Positions 1 through 7,830 of a stretch of 32,879 bases of DNA are shown in pieces (positions within the stretch are counted from its first letter, which is position 1; each line of letters starts with the position of its first letter). Where the stretch lies: the NCBI GenBank assembly GCA_032128115.1, contig JAQBHB010000105.1, forward strand, positions 1-32,879, read 5' to 3'. The DNA is from Deltaproteobacteria bacterium (GTDB taxonomy: Bacteria > Myxococcota_A > UBA9160 > SMWR01). The notes beneath the pieces were generated by a model that searched no databases, had not been told where the DNA came from, and saw only the letters and a list, made by a program, of their open reading frames with translations. Position numbers and translations under genes: made by a program.

Positions 1-86
1 AATTCACTCATCGACCACTGGCCACTCGCGTAGTCGCGATAGAAATGCTGACGCTGCTTCTTCGTGTCGGTTTCCATCCAGGGCAT
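1..86 (-). CDS. IS481-family transposase, N-terminal part (truncated by window edge)
   Basis: Hand translation from ATG 86 gives MPWMETDTKKQRQHFYRDYASGQWSMSE(L), matching the MPWxET...QR..F...Y.SG.WSMSELC start of IS481 transposases. Not in the ORF track. Confidence 0.85.
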   Translation of the reverse strand, partial: MPWMETDTKKQRQHFYRDYASGQWSMSE

Positions 87-141
87 CCTTTCGTGTAAAG
101 GATGTGCCCGGACTTTTGTAAACCATCAACCCGACCGTTCA
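1..141 (-). mobile_element. IS481-family insertion sequence, left end (element runs off the window start)
   Basis: Two related motifs TGTAAAGGATGTGCCCGG (94-111) and TGTAAACCATCAACCCGA (117-134) end at ...CGTTCA (141), the repeated-motif end architecture of IS481 elements. They lie directly upstream of an IS481-like transposase N-terminus. Confidence 0.8.
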
Positions 142-344
142 GCCAGTGCGACGCGAAACGATCCGTAGTCGCCATCGAACCGGTGAATCGAGAAGACCTT
201 CTTGAGCCGCTCCGGAAAGCCCGAGCGATCGACGAAACGCCGAAACAGCTCGATTCCCCCGTATTCGCTGAGCTCCTCGTCACTGAAGACGATCGGGAGA
301 TCGCCATTGACACCCCCGCGAATCGAGTCTTTCCTTATTCTCGC
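142..344 (-). pseudogene. IS1380-family transposase, 5' fragment
   Basis: Hand translation: (A)RIRKDSIRGGVNGDLPIVFSDEELSEYGGIELFRRFVDRSGFPERLKKVFSIHRFDGDYGSFRVALA, resembling the IS1380 N-terminal F...LT.YGGLEL motif. The codon at the expected start is GCG, 9 nt after GAAAGG, with no in-frame ATG/GTG/TTG back to the TGA at 413. The frame stops shortly after entering the IS481 end. Confidence 0.72.
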
Positions 345-453
345 GAATGTGGCCCTTTCGGTGGAGGAAGTTTGGTGGCTCTTTCTTCCGTACCACCGTC
401 GGGGCCACTTTCAATTCGGGCGTTTCACCCCAAAGAAGTATTTCGATTCAGGG
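142..453 (-). mobile_element. IS1380-family insertion sequence, left end, interrupted by the IS481 element
   Basis: Minus-strand terminus CCCTGAATCGAAATACTTC at 453 (CCCTG-type end), flanked by CTAG (454-457). Followed by an AT-richer leader with a hairpin and an IS1380-like transposase N-terminus. Confidence 0.7.
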
Positions 454-776
454 CTAGGTCGCCATCGGAACCGTGTCGGGATGGGAAGTGGGAGTGTCCG
501 GCATCTGCTGAATCAGCCAGTCCTGCGCCTGAGCGGGGCCCGAGGCCGGCACCGGATCGGCGCTTGCCAGAACGATCGGGCCGAGACGCTCCGCGACGCC
601 ACCAGTTCCAGCGCGCTGGTCATGGTCGCCTTTCTCGAAGCGCTGCCAGACTCGAATCGCTGCCAGACGCCTGCGTCTCGTCCTGTGAGTGTATTGACGC
701 TGACCGAGCACGATCCACACGGCGCCGGTACCCATTTCCGTCGTTCGCCCAACGGCAGAGCAGATCGAAGCCGGAT

Positions 777-1364
777 CTACTGCTTGTCGATCGAGATGGC
801 GAGGGCCCGGGTGAGGGTCACGGAGACCTGCTCCCCGGTGTTCACCTTCTCGAGGTCGATATCGTCTCCCACCTTCAGGGTGCGCTCGCCACCGCTGGGA
901 ACATCGAGCGTCACGCTACGCGTCTTCGCATCGACCGCCTTCACAACCGCGCGAAGCTGGATCTGCTCCGCCATCACGGCACCCGGCGTCCCGCCCGGAG
1001 GCGCGCTGGACACGGCTACGATCTCGGAAGCGCCCGGCTCGGTATCCGCCACGGGAGCAATCGCCAGCGCGATGGACTCGATATAGGTGGCGGCCACCGG
1101 GTCGCCCACCGCGATCTGGTCGAAGTTGGGGGCGTCCTTCGGGGCCACGATCGAGACCTGTCGGCCCTGCGTCCCCTCCACGACGACAGTCCGGGTCGCC
1201 GCGTCGATCGAGATGACCGTCCCCGTGAGATTGATCTCCTCGCCGATCATCACTGCGCCATCGGCGCTGTTCTCGTGGTGCTCGGCCGGCGCGGAGCCCG
1301 GCATCAGCAGGGCAGCCCCGAGCAGGGTGGCGGGTCCGAAACGTCCGGAGAGTCGAGTCATCAT
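777..1364 (-). CDS. Exported hypothetical protein with two repeated beta-rich (OB-fold-like) modules
   Basis: Signal-peptide-like N-terminus. Internal repeat: TVISIDAATRTVVVEG...NFDQIAVGDPV versus VVKAVDAKTRSVTLDV...DLEKVNTGEQV. GAGG SD upstream. Confidence 0.75.
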   Translation of the reverse strand: MMTRLSGRFGPATLLGAALLMPGSAPAEHHENSADGAVMIGEEINLTGTVISIDAATRTVVVEGTQGRQVSIVAPKDAPNFDQIAVGDPVAATYIESIALAIAPVADTEPGASEIVAVSSAPPGGTPGAVMAEQIQLRAVVKAVDAKTRSVTLDVPSGGERTLKVGDDIDLEKVNTGEQVSVTLTRALAISIDKQ

Positions 1365-1376
1365 GGGGAGTCCTCA

Positions 1377-1415
1377 CTGGCTAGCCTGGCTAGACCTGGC
1401 TAGATCTGGCTAGAC
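1377..1415. repeat. Tandem repeat of CTGGCTAGAC-like 9-10-mers, 4 copies
   Basis: CTGGCTAGC-CTGGCTAGAC-CTGGCTAGAT-CTGGCTAGAC, followed by a degenerate TTGGTAGAC copy. Confidence 0.9.
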
Positions 1416-1607
1416 GGGGTTGGTAGACGGGGCGCTCGTCGCCCGCCGGGAACCATATCACGTGCGGAACGATCAGGGTTTCGGGGTCGTGGGCTTCGCG
1501 ATCACTTGACGGGCAGCGGCGATTCGCCAAGCGCGGCACACTCCCGGAAATCGGCCTGAGCGGGGGATTCCCACCTCGCCGAGTCCAGAAGTGAAGGAAG
1601 CTCCTCT

Positions 1608-2069
1608 ATGCGCCAGCTCCGCAACGGGCTCCTGGCTCTGATCGGCCTCGGGTTCGTGATACAGCTCGTTCCCTACGGGCGAGACCACGAGAATCCCGAA
1701 GTGCTTCGGGAACCCGATTGGGATCGTCCTCGGACCCGAGAACTCTTCTTCCGCGGCTGCAAGGACTGCCACAGCAATCAGACGGAGTGGCCGGGGTACA
1801 GCTTCGTGGCTCCGGTCTCGTGGCTCGTGCAGCGCGACGTCCACGAGGGCCGTTCGCACTTCAATGTCTCCGAATGGGGCCGCGACAAGAACCACGGCGA
1901 TGAGGCGGCCGAGAACGTCCGAGAGGGGGAGATGCCGCCGTGGTTCTATCTGCCGGCCCACCCCGAGGCGCGACTCTCAGACTCGGAGCGAGAAGCGCTT
2001 ATCGCGGGCCTGGTCGCCACGTTCGGCGAGGAGGCACATCACGAGGAGCACCGCGATCATAGCCACTGA
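1608..2069 (+). CDS. Haem-binding domain (Haem_bd-type) c-type cytochrome
   Basis: N-terminal anchor/signal, CKDCHSN haem motif, WP.YS.VAP.SWL, N.SEW and EMPP..Y...HP motifs. AAGGAAG SD. His-rich tail. Confidence 0.88.
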   Translation: MRQLRNGLLALIGLGFVIQLVPYGRDHENPEVLREPDWDRPRTRELFFRGCKDCHSNQTEWPGYSFVAPVSWLVQRDVHEGRSHFNVSEWGRDKNHGDEAAENVREGEMPPWFYLPAHPEARLSDSEREALIAGLVATFGEEAHHEEHRDHSH

Positions 2070-2108
2070 GGGCGATCCGTCGGGGTCCGCGTTCCCCGGA
2101 GAGCAGGA

Positions 2109-3275
2109 TCAGGACGAGTCTGTGCTCCGCAGCCTGTCCAGGGCGTGGGCGAGAACCATCCGGGCCGATGCCTCGAGGTCGACGTTGTCGATGACGAGCA
2201 TTCCGCGCCGCTCGGCTTCTTCGATCAGGTGGCGTTGGATCGCGAGAATTGCCTCGAAGTTGTCGAGGTAGCGGTGCGCCTGGCGTTCTCGCTGTCCCGA
2301 GGCGCGTATCTGGAGGCGATCCCGGAGAACCGATTCGTCGAGGGTGGCGACTACGCACAACACAACCACGGCTCGTCCCGAGTAGCGTTCGATATCGATC
2401 ACACCGGGGAGAAGCGACACTCCGTCGATAACGAGGTTCGCGCTCTCTTCGACCGCTCGATCCAGGGAGGCTCTCACGCCGACCGCCACGGAGGCAGCCT
2501 GGGCGCGGAAGCCGTCGAGCACGCTGACCGCGGTTCCGCTCATCTGCCCCAGCAACTGATGCGCGTCATAGGAGGAGGCGTGGATCGAGGGCACGAGATC
2601 GGGGGAGATCATGAGGCGCATGATCTGCCGAATCGAATCCGTCGAGACCAGGCGCCCGATTCCCAGTCTGCGTGCCACCTCCAGGGCGAGGGTCGTCTTG
2701 CCCACGCCGGACGTCCCGCCGAGCAGTAGAAACACCGGCGTCTCTGGCTCCTGGTAACGCCGCCACACCAGGTAGCGTTGCGCGGCCTCGTCGCCCGCCT
2801 GCCTGAGCAAGACACGATGAGCCACGGATCGCAGCGCGGTGCGGTCGATCTCGTGCACGGCATCCCGGACCAGCTCCTGCTCGATCCCGCGGGCAACCAG
2901 GAAGGCGTCGCGAGGTTCGATCCCCGCGGCCGACAGCGATTGCGCCAGGATGCCTTTGGAAAAGGGCACGCTGGTCCCCGCCCCCGAGACCTGGATGCCG
3001 AGGTCGGGCAAGCCCTCCTGGTCGTCTGGGTCGTAGCCCAGGATGTCGCGCACGGCTTTGGCGAGTTCGTCGCGCTGTACTCGAGCCTCGCCACGAAGCC
3101 GGAGTTCGATCTGACGAGCCGCGGTATACGCGATCGTGAAGGCAACCCCTCGCTTCACCAACGAGTGAACGAGGATCCCCGGCATGAAGGGAGGAGCCTC
3201 AGGTCCGTCGCCCACGAGGGTTGGCAGGGGCTCTTCTGCGAGCCAGGGGGCCTCTGCGTCGGCTTCGGTGGTCAT
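2109..3275 (-). CDS. ATP-cone domain protein / 2-phosphoglycerate kinase-like P-loop kinase
   Basis: Two ATP-cone-like segments (PFMPGILVHSL; PFSKGILAQSL), Walker A GGTSGVGKT, STDSIRQIMR, IHASSY, and R...YL.NF..I..IQ typical of 2-PGK. Confidence 0.82.
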   Translation of the reverse strand: MTTEADAEAPWLAEEPLPTLVGDGPEAPPFMPGILVHSLVKRGVAFTIAYTAARQIELRLRGEARVQRDELAKAVRDILGYDPDDQEGLPDLGIQVSGAGTSVPFSKGILAQSLSAAGIEPRDAFLVARGIEQELVRDAVHEIDRTALRSVAHRVLLRQAGDEAAQRYLVWRRYQEPETPVFLLLGGTSGVGKTTLALEVARRLGIGRLVSTDSIRQIMRLMISPDLVPSIHASSYDAHQLLGQMSGTAVSVLDGFRAQAASVAVGVRASLDRAVEESANLVIDGVSLLPGVIDIERYSGRAVVVLCVVATLDESVLRDRLQIRASGQRERQAHRYLDNFEAILAIQRHLIEEAERRGMLVIDNVDLEASARMVLAHALDRLRSTDSS

Positions 3276-4660
3276 GAGGCGATTGTCCCCATCGAAGGTC
3301 GACTTTCATGCATGGCCTCGGTTGCTTCTTGCGGTAGCCCAGCGAGAACGGGCCGCTGGACGGCGCCGGCGGACGGGCGAAGGCTCAACGTGCGAAGCGG
3401 AAGGGAGCTTCCGGCCGGAGGAATCACGTTGGATGTACCTCTGAGCAGGGACAGGCTCACCAGGCGGGCCAGAGAAGAGAGCATCAGGATCGCGGTGTAG
3501 GCAACGGGCGTCTCCCCGAGAGCCCGAAGAACCATCGCCCCGAGAAGGCTGCCTCCCGCGATGGCCGCGGCATTGACCAGATTGTAAGCCGAAAGCACGC
3601 TGGTTCGCGATTGCTGCGGAATGTGTTCGAAGAACGAGAGCAGAGTAGCCAGTTCGAAGGCCGCCCACGCGGCCCCAGCAACCAGCTGCAGGCCAAGGAG
3701 CCAGAGGAACGAATCGGAAACCAGCCACAGGATCGGAAGGGGTACGATCCCGATGCTCCCGATCCACAGGATGCGCCGGGTACCCACGGCGCGTGCCATC
3801 TTCCCAAGCGCGGGCAGCACGGCGATGCGGGCGAGGAAGGCGACGCCAGTCAGCAGTGCAAACTCTGCGTAGTCGAGGCCGAGCGGGCCGAGCATGTACG
3901 GCACGAAGTAGGGCGCAGCGATCCAGACACTCACCTGGAAGGCAACGAGATAGGCGAGCAATCTGCCGTGGCCGTCGCGTGCCACGTGTTCTCGAATCGC
4001 AGGCAGGGAGATGCGTGTATCTCCGATTGGAACGGGTTCGGACTCACTGTGACGTGTCAGGAAGACGACCGAGGCAGCACGCGCAGTCAGCGCGACTGTG
4101 AAGGCCCAGGCATAGGTTTCAACGCGGTCATCACCGCCGCCGCCGCCGCGTTGGAGCAGCAGCGCGCCGAGCGCCAATCCCGCGAGCAGGGCGCCCTGGG
4201 ACCAGCGCGATCGACGAGCGAAGAACCTCGCTCGCAGCGGCGCGGGAACCAGGATTCCCGCCCACGTATTCCACGCTGGCCCGGTGGCCATGCCAAGTCC
4301 CCAGTAGAGGGCGACGGCCACGTAGAGCGCGGCGGGCGGCATTGCACCCGCGAGTGCACCCGCGGCCAGCGGCACGAATGTGGCCGCCTGGAGTGCGGCA
4401 CAGAGCACGACCCATCGCTTGTGCGATCCGAGCCAGCCGACAGCCGCGGGCGTCACGAGCTGAAGTAGCGCACCGACCAGCATGGGGACGGTTGCGACCA
4501 GCCCCGCCGAGATGTCTCCGAAACCCAGGGCCAGCGCGAAGGGAGCAAAGTAGAACTCACCCACGCCCACCATCAGGCTGAACGTGAAGCCCTCGGCCAG
4601 CATGGCGCGGAGATCCGAGCGCAGGCGCTGTCCGCGAATCGGCGACGGGCTCGAGGCCAC
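3272..4660 (-). CDS. MFS transporter
   Basis: About 12 hydrophobic segments in two halves, with W...LVP...RARFF and F.EHIP...RT loop motifs. Start revised to GTG 4660 (GGAG SD). Stop overlaps the kinase ATG (ATGA). Confidence 0.85.
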   Translation of the reverse strand: MASSPSPIRGQRLRSDLRAMLAEGFTFSLMVGVGEFYFAPFALALGFGDISAGLVATVPMLVGALLQLVTPAAVGWLGSHKRWVVLCAALQAATFVPLAAGALAGAMPPAALYVAVALYWGLGMATGPAWNTWAGILVPAPLRARFFARRSRWSQGALLAGLALGALLLQRGGGGGDDRVETYAWAFTVALTARAASVVFLTRHSESEPVPIGDTRISLPAIREHVARDGHGRLLAYLVAFQVSVWIAAPYFVPYMLGPLGLDYAEFALLTGVAFLARIAVLPALGKMARAVGTRRILWIGSIGIVPLPILWLVSDSFLWLLGLQLVAGAAWAAFELATLLSFFEHIPQQSRTSVLSAYNLVNAAAIAGGSLLGAMVLRALGETPVAYTAILMLSSLARLVSLSLLRGTSNVIPPAGSSLPLRTLSLRPSAGAVQRPVLAGLPQEATEAMHESRPSMGTIAS

Positions 4661-4755
4661 GCTGGACTCTCCATGTTGGCATCGGGTATGAGCGGAGATT
4701 TGCGTGCCCGCGGTGATCGGTGGAGCTCGGATTTCACCCGACCTGGGGCTATGGG

Positions 4756-5892
4756 TCAGCGCTCGTCTGCCGTCGCAACCTTTCGACCGCGGGCCCCGAC
4801 GTAACGTGCCCTGGGGCGGTAGATGCGATTGTTCTCGTACTGCTCGAGTATATGCGCGCACCAACCTGCGATTCGGCTCGCTGCGAAGATCGGCGTGAAC
4901 AGATCCGCAGGAATTCCGAGCGCCGTGTAGACGCTGGCGGAGTAGAAGTCGACATTGGGAATGAGACCCTTGCGATCGGCCATCCAATCCTCGATCCGGG
5001 CGCTCATCTCGTAGAGCTCCGGGCGTCCGATCGAGCGGGTCAAACGCTCGCTCATCTGTTTGAGGACCTTGGCACGTGGATCGCCCTCTTTGTACACCCG
5101 GTGGCCGAAGCCCATGATCTTGGCACCCGCACCGATCTGCTGGTCGAGGTACCTCTCCAGGCGATCGGGGGATCCGATCTCCACGAGCATCTTCATCACT
5201 GCTTCGTTCGCACCGCCGTGGAGTGAGCCTTTGAGCGTACCGATCGCCGACATTACCGATGAATAGAGCCCCGATAGCGTGCTTGCAGTGACGCGCGCCG
5301 AGAAGGCCGAGGCATTCAGCTCGTGATCGGCGTGCAGGACCAGACAGACGTCGAGGTCGCGAACATGCTGCGGGTCCGGCTCGCTGCCATGGATTCCCCG
5401 TAGCAGGTTCCAGGCGAGGGAATGGGAAGCCAACGGCTCGAGGGGCCAGCAGCCCGTTCGCGCGCGATGAAAGGCGCCGATGGTGGTTCCGATGCGGGCG
5501 GTCAGTCGGATCGCCTTGCGCAACGTCTCGGCCCGGCCGAGTTGATTCGCGTCGGGGTCATGGAGTGCGAGCCCCGCGACGACGGCGTGCAGGAAGTCCA
5601 TGGGGTGCACGTTCTTGGGAAGGCCGAGCAGCCACATGCGCATCGAAGGCGGCAGCGCCAGAGCGTCTCCCAGCTGTTCGCGCAGAGTCGCGAGCTGGGT
5701 CGGGTTTGGCAGCTCGCCATGCCAGAGAAGATGGACCGTTTCCTCGAAGCTGGCGTTCTCCGCGAGGTCCTCGATGGTGTACCCGCGGTAGAGGAGTTTG
5801 GTCCCGTCGATCGTGCTGATGCTGCTCGAGCAGGCGACGATTCCTTCGAGTCCCTTGTCGATGGCGATGTCCAGGATCTTGCCGTCGGTCAT
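4756..5892 (-). CDS. Citrate synthase / 2-methylcitrate synthase family
   Basis: KGLEGI, LLYRGY, LHADHELNAS, LHGGANE, MGFGHRVYK.GDPR and PNVDFYS catalytic motifs. Start revised to ATG 5892, which overlaps the upstream TGA. Confidence 0.95.
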   Translation of the reverse strand: MTDGKILDIAIDKGLEGIVACSSSISTIDGTKLLYRGYTIEDLAENASFEETVHLLWHGELPNPTQLATLREQLGDALALPPSMRMWLLGLPKNVHPMDFLHAVVAGLALHDPDANQLGRAETLRKAIRLTARIGTTIGAFHRARTGCWPLEPLASHSLAWNLLRGIHGSEPDPQHVRDLDVCLVLHADHELNASAFSARVTASTLSGLYSSVMSAIGTLKGSLHGGANEAVMKMLVEIGSPDRLERYLDQQIGAGAKIMGFGHRVYKEGDPRAKVLKQMSERLTRSIGRPELYEMSARIEDWMADRKGLIPNVDFYSASVYTALGIPADLFTPIFAASRIAGWCAHILEQYENNRIYRPRARYVGARGRKVATADER

Positions 5893-6224
5893 GCTTGTAG
5901 CCGCATATCTCGGGCACTTTCGCTCGGGAGCCTTCTCTGGGATTGTACGGCTCCAGAATCGAGGGAGGCGACGGCTCGCTCCTGCGCCGCCTCGAGAATG
6001 CATCGGAGCAGAGCTGGTCGAGCGCCGAGCGGAGGCGTTCGATGGTTTCGAGATCCTCGGGATTGAACGTCCCCTGTCGCTTGACGGAGTCGGGAAGCGA
6101 TGGGTCCGCCGTCGGTCTTCAGGTAGAGCGCGTTGAAGAGCGTGCGCCACCAGTCGGAGGGGAGGTGGCGTTCCAGACCGATCACCGGTCCGAGGGTCGG
6201 ACGTCCCGCTTCGCGATTCTTCAT
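5889..6224 (-). pseudogene. Internally deleted relic of a methyltransferase + D-Ala-D-Ala-ligase-like (ATP-grasp) fusion gene
   Basis: N-terminus TLGPVIGLERHLPSDWWRTLFNALYLKTDG. Then, in a shifted frame (6106-6011), DPSLPDSVKRQGTFNPEDLETIERLRSALDQL. Then C-terminal LLRCILEAAQER. I recall these as three widely separated segments of that long fusion family. Neither catalytic core is present. Confidence 0.7.
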
Positions 6225-6370
6225 GTATGGGCCCGGTACCCTTCCGCTACCGGGACCGGGTCTGCGCCTACAGGACCCCGTGCCCGCCAGCCGTGTCAGC
6301 TGCTGGCGTTGTTTACTCGATCCGGTACGGCGCGCAAGACCCGGGTCGTCCCGAAAAATGCCCCACTGGC

Positions 6371-6398
6371 TTGCGCCGCGGCGCCGGGGACATAGCCT
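6371..6398 (+). promoter_or_regulatory. Putative sigma70 promoter of mgtE
   Basis: TTGCGC (6371-6376), 16-nt spacer, TAGCCT (6393-6398), then GGGAGAGG SD and TTG at 6422. Confidence 0.4.
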
Positions 6399-6421
6399 CA
6401 AGCCCCGCTGGGAGAGGCACC

Positions 6422-7807
6422 TTGAGCGAACCTGAAGTCGAGAGCGCTCGATCCGATTCGCCCGCCTGGGAGCGGCTGGCCGGCCTCGCCCTTGCTTCGG
6501 ATCGGGAGGGCCTCGCGAGCGAGCTCGATGCCCTTTCCGAGGCGGAGCGGATCCACGCCTTCGGCAGGATCTCCATCGAGGACCGCGGTCGCGTGCTTGG
6601 CTTGCTCGATCCGGGGCGAGCGGCCCGCCTGTTGGAGTCGGTTCCGGACGTCTACGCGGGACAGGCGGTCGGGGAAATGGAGCCCGCCGCCGTCGCAGAC
6701 ATCGTCGAAGAGCTGCCGAGCAACGAGGGGGCGGACCTGCTCGGCGAGCTCGGGGCGGAGGCCGCAGAGGCGATCCTCGCCGAGACCGAAAGCGGGGTCG
6801 CCGCCAACGTCCGGAGCCTCCTCCAGTACCCGCAAGACACCGCGGGCGGCCTGATGATCACCGAGTACGTCGTGGTTCCCGAGTCGGGGACGGCCCAAGA
6901 TGTGATCGACCACATGCGTGAGGAGGTCGAGCGCTACGCGGACTACCCGGTGCAGTACGTATACGTGGTGGGAGCGAGTGGTGAGCTAAACGGTGTGCTC
7001 CCGCTACGCGATTTGCTGCTTGCCCGCCGCGCTCGCACCGTTGCGTCGCTCATGACGCGCGCCCCGATCTCGGTGAGGGCATCGACGCCGCTCCAGGAGG
7101 TGCTCGACGTCTTCGTGAGCCACCACTACGTGGGCGTGCCGGTGGTGGATGACTCCGACATTCTCGTCGGCGTACTGTTGCGCGAGGACGTCGACGAGGC
7201 GCGCGCGGACCGTTCCGACGCGGACGCACTCAAGGCTCGAGGCATCGTAGGTGGCGACGAGGTGCGCACCCTGCCACTCATGCTCCGCTCCCGCAGACGT
7301 CTTGCCTGGTTGTCGATCAACATCGTGTTGAACGTCATTGCGGCCAGCGTGATCGCCCTCTACGAGGACACCCTTCAGGCAGTCATCGCGCTCGCCGTCT
7401 TCCTTCCCATCATCTCCGATATGAGCGGTTGCTCCGGGAATCAGGCGGTAGCGGTGAGCCTGCGCGAACTCGCCCTCGGCGTGACGAAGACAGATGAGAT
7501 CGCGCGAGTGCTGTTCAAGGAATCTGCGCTTGGCCTCGTGAACGGCGCGGTGCTCGGTGTGCTGATTGGCGCGGTGGCCTGGGCCTGGAAGGGAAACGCG
7601 GCCCTGGCTCTGGTCGTAGGGACCGCCCTCGCCTTGAATACGGTGCTCGCGGTCTGCATCGGAGGTGCGGTGCCGCTGGTGCTCCGCCGGGCAGGAGTGG
7701 ATCCGGCCCTGGCGTCGGGGCCGATGCTCACTACCATCACCGATATGTGTGGCTTCTTCATGGTCCTGAGCTTCGCCACCCTGGCGCTGTCGCGCTTGAC
7801 GATCTGA
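6422..7807 (+). CDS. mgtE: Magnesium transporter MgtE
   Basis: Acidic helical N-domain, YPQDTAGGLM, CBS pair, RRRLAWL, TM domain with SGCSGNQ and DPALASGPMLTTITD. Start revised to TTG 6422. Confidence 0.95.
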   Translation: MSEPEVESARSDSPAWERLAGLALASDREGLASELDALSEAERIHAFGRISIEDRGRVLGLLDPGRAARLLESVPDVYAGQAVGEMEPAAVADIVEELPSNEGADLLGELGAEAAEAILAETESGVAANVRSLLQYPQDTAGGLMITEYVVVPESGTAQDVIDHMREEVERYADYPVQYVYVVGASGELNGVLPLRDLLLARRARTVASLMTRAPISVRASTPLQEVLDVFVSHHYVGVPVVDDSDILVGVLLREDVDEARADRSDADALKARGIVGGDEVRTLPLMLRSRRRLAWLSINIVLNVIAASVIALYEDTLQAVIALAVFLPIISDMSGCSGNQAVAVSLRELALGVTKTDEIARVLFKESALGLVNGAVLGVLIGAVAWAWKGNAALALVVGTALALNTVLAVCIGGAVPLVLRRAGVDPALASGPMLTTITDMCGFFMVLSFATLALSRLTI

Positions 7808-7830
7808 ACGTGTCGGCAGGGCCAATCAGA

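Noticed and set aside
454..752. Short minus ORFs 454-735 and 513-752, and an 11-bp direct repeat CGCTGCCAGAC
   Set aside because: No recognisable family or SD. May be decayed sequence, but I cannot support a call.
102..1403. Long plus-strand ORFs 102-1403 and 202-1086
   Set aside because: They run antisense across IS ends and the 777-1364 gene, have no motifs, and look like high-GC shadow ORFs.
1377..1415. CRISPR array
   Set aside because: Units are 9-10 bp with no spacers. No repeat-spacer array or cas gene was seen anywhere in the window.
4661..4987. N-terminal extensions in the ORF track (MFS; similarly citrate synthase, mgtE, TIR, PilZ, DUF3047, nitroreductase, LLM, crotonase)
   Set aside because: They overlap neighbouring genes or lack homology-like character. 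Downstream starts with SDs or stop/start overlaps fit better.
6229..6420. M-box (ykoK) riboswitch upstream of mgtE
   Set aside because: I cannot find the conserved M-box core. Kept only as an unclassified structured region.
6223..6435. Pro-rich plus-strand ORF upstream of mgtE as an MgtL-like leader peptide
   Set aside because: Too long, no SD, Pro richness is expected at this GC, and a candidate promoter lies closer to mgtE.
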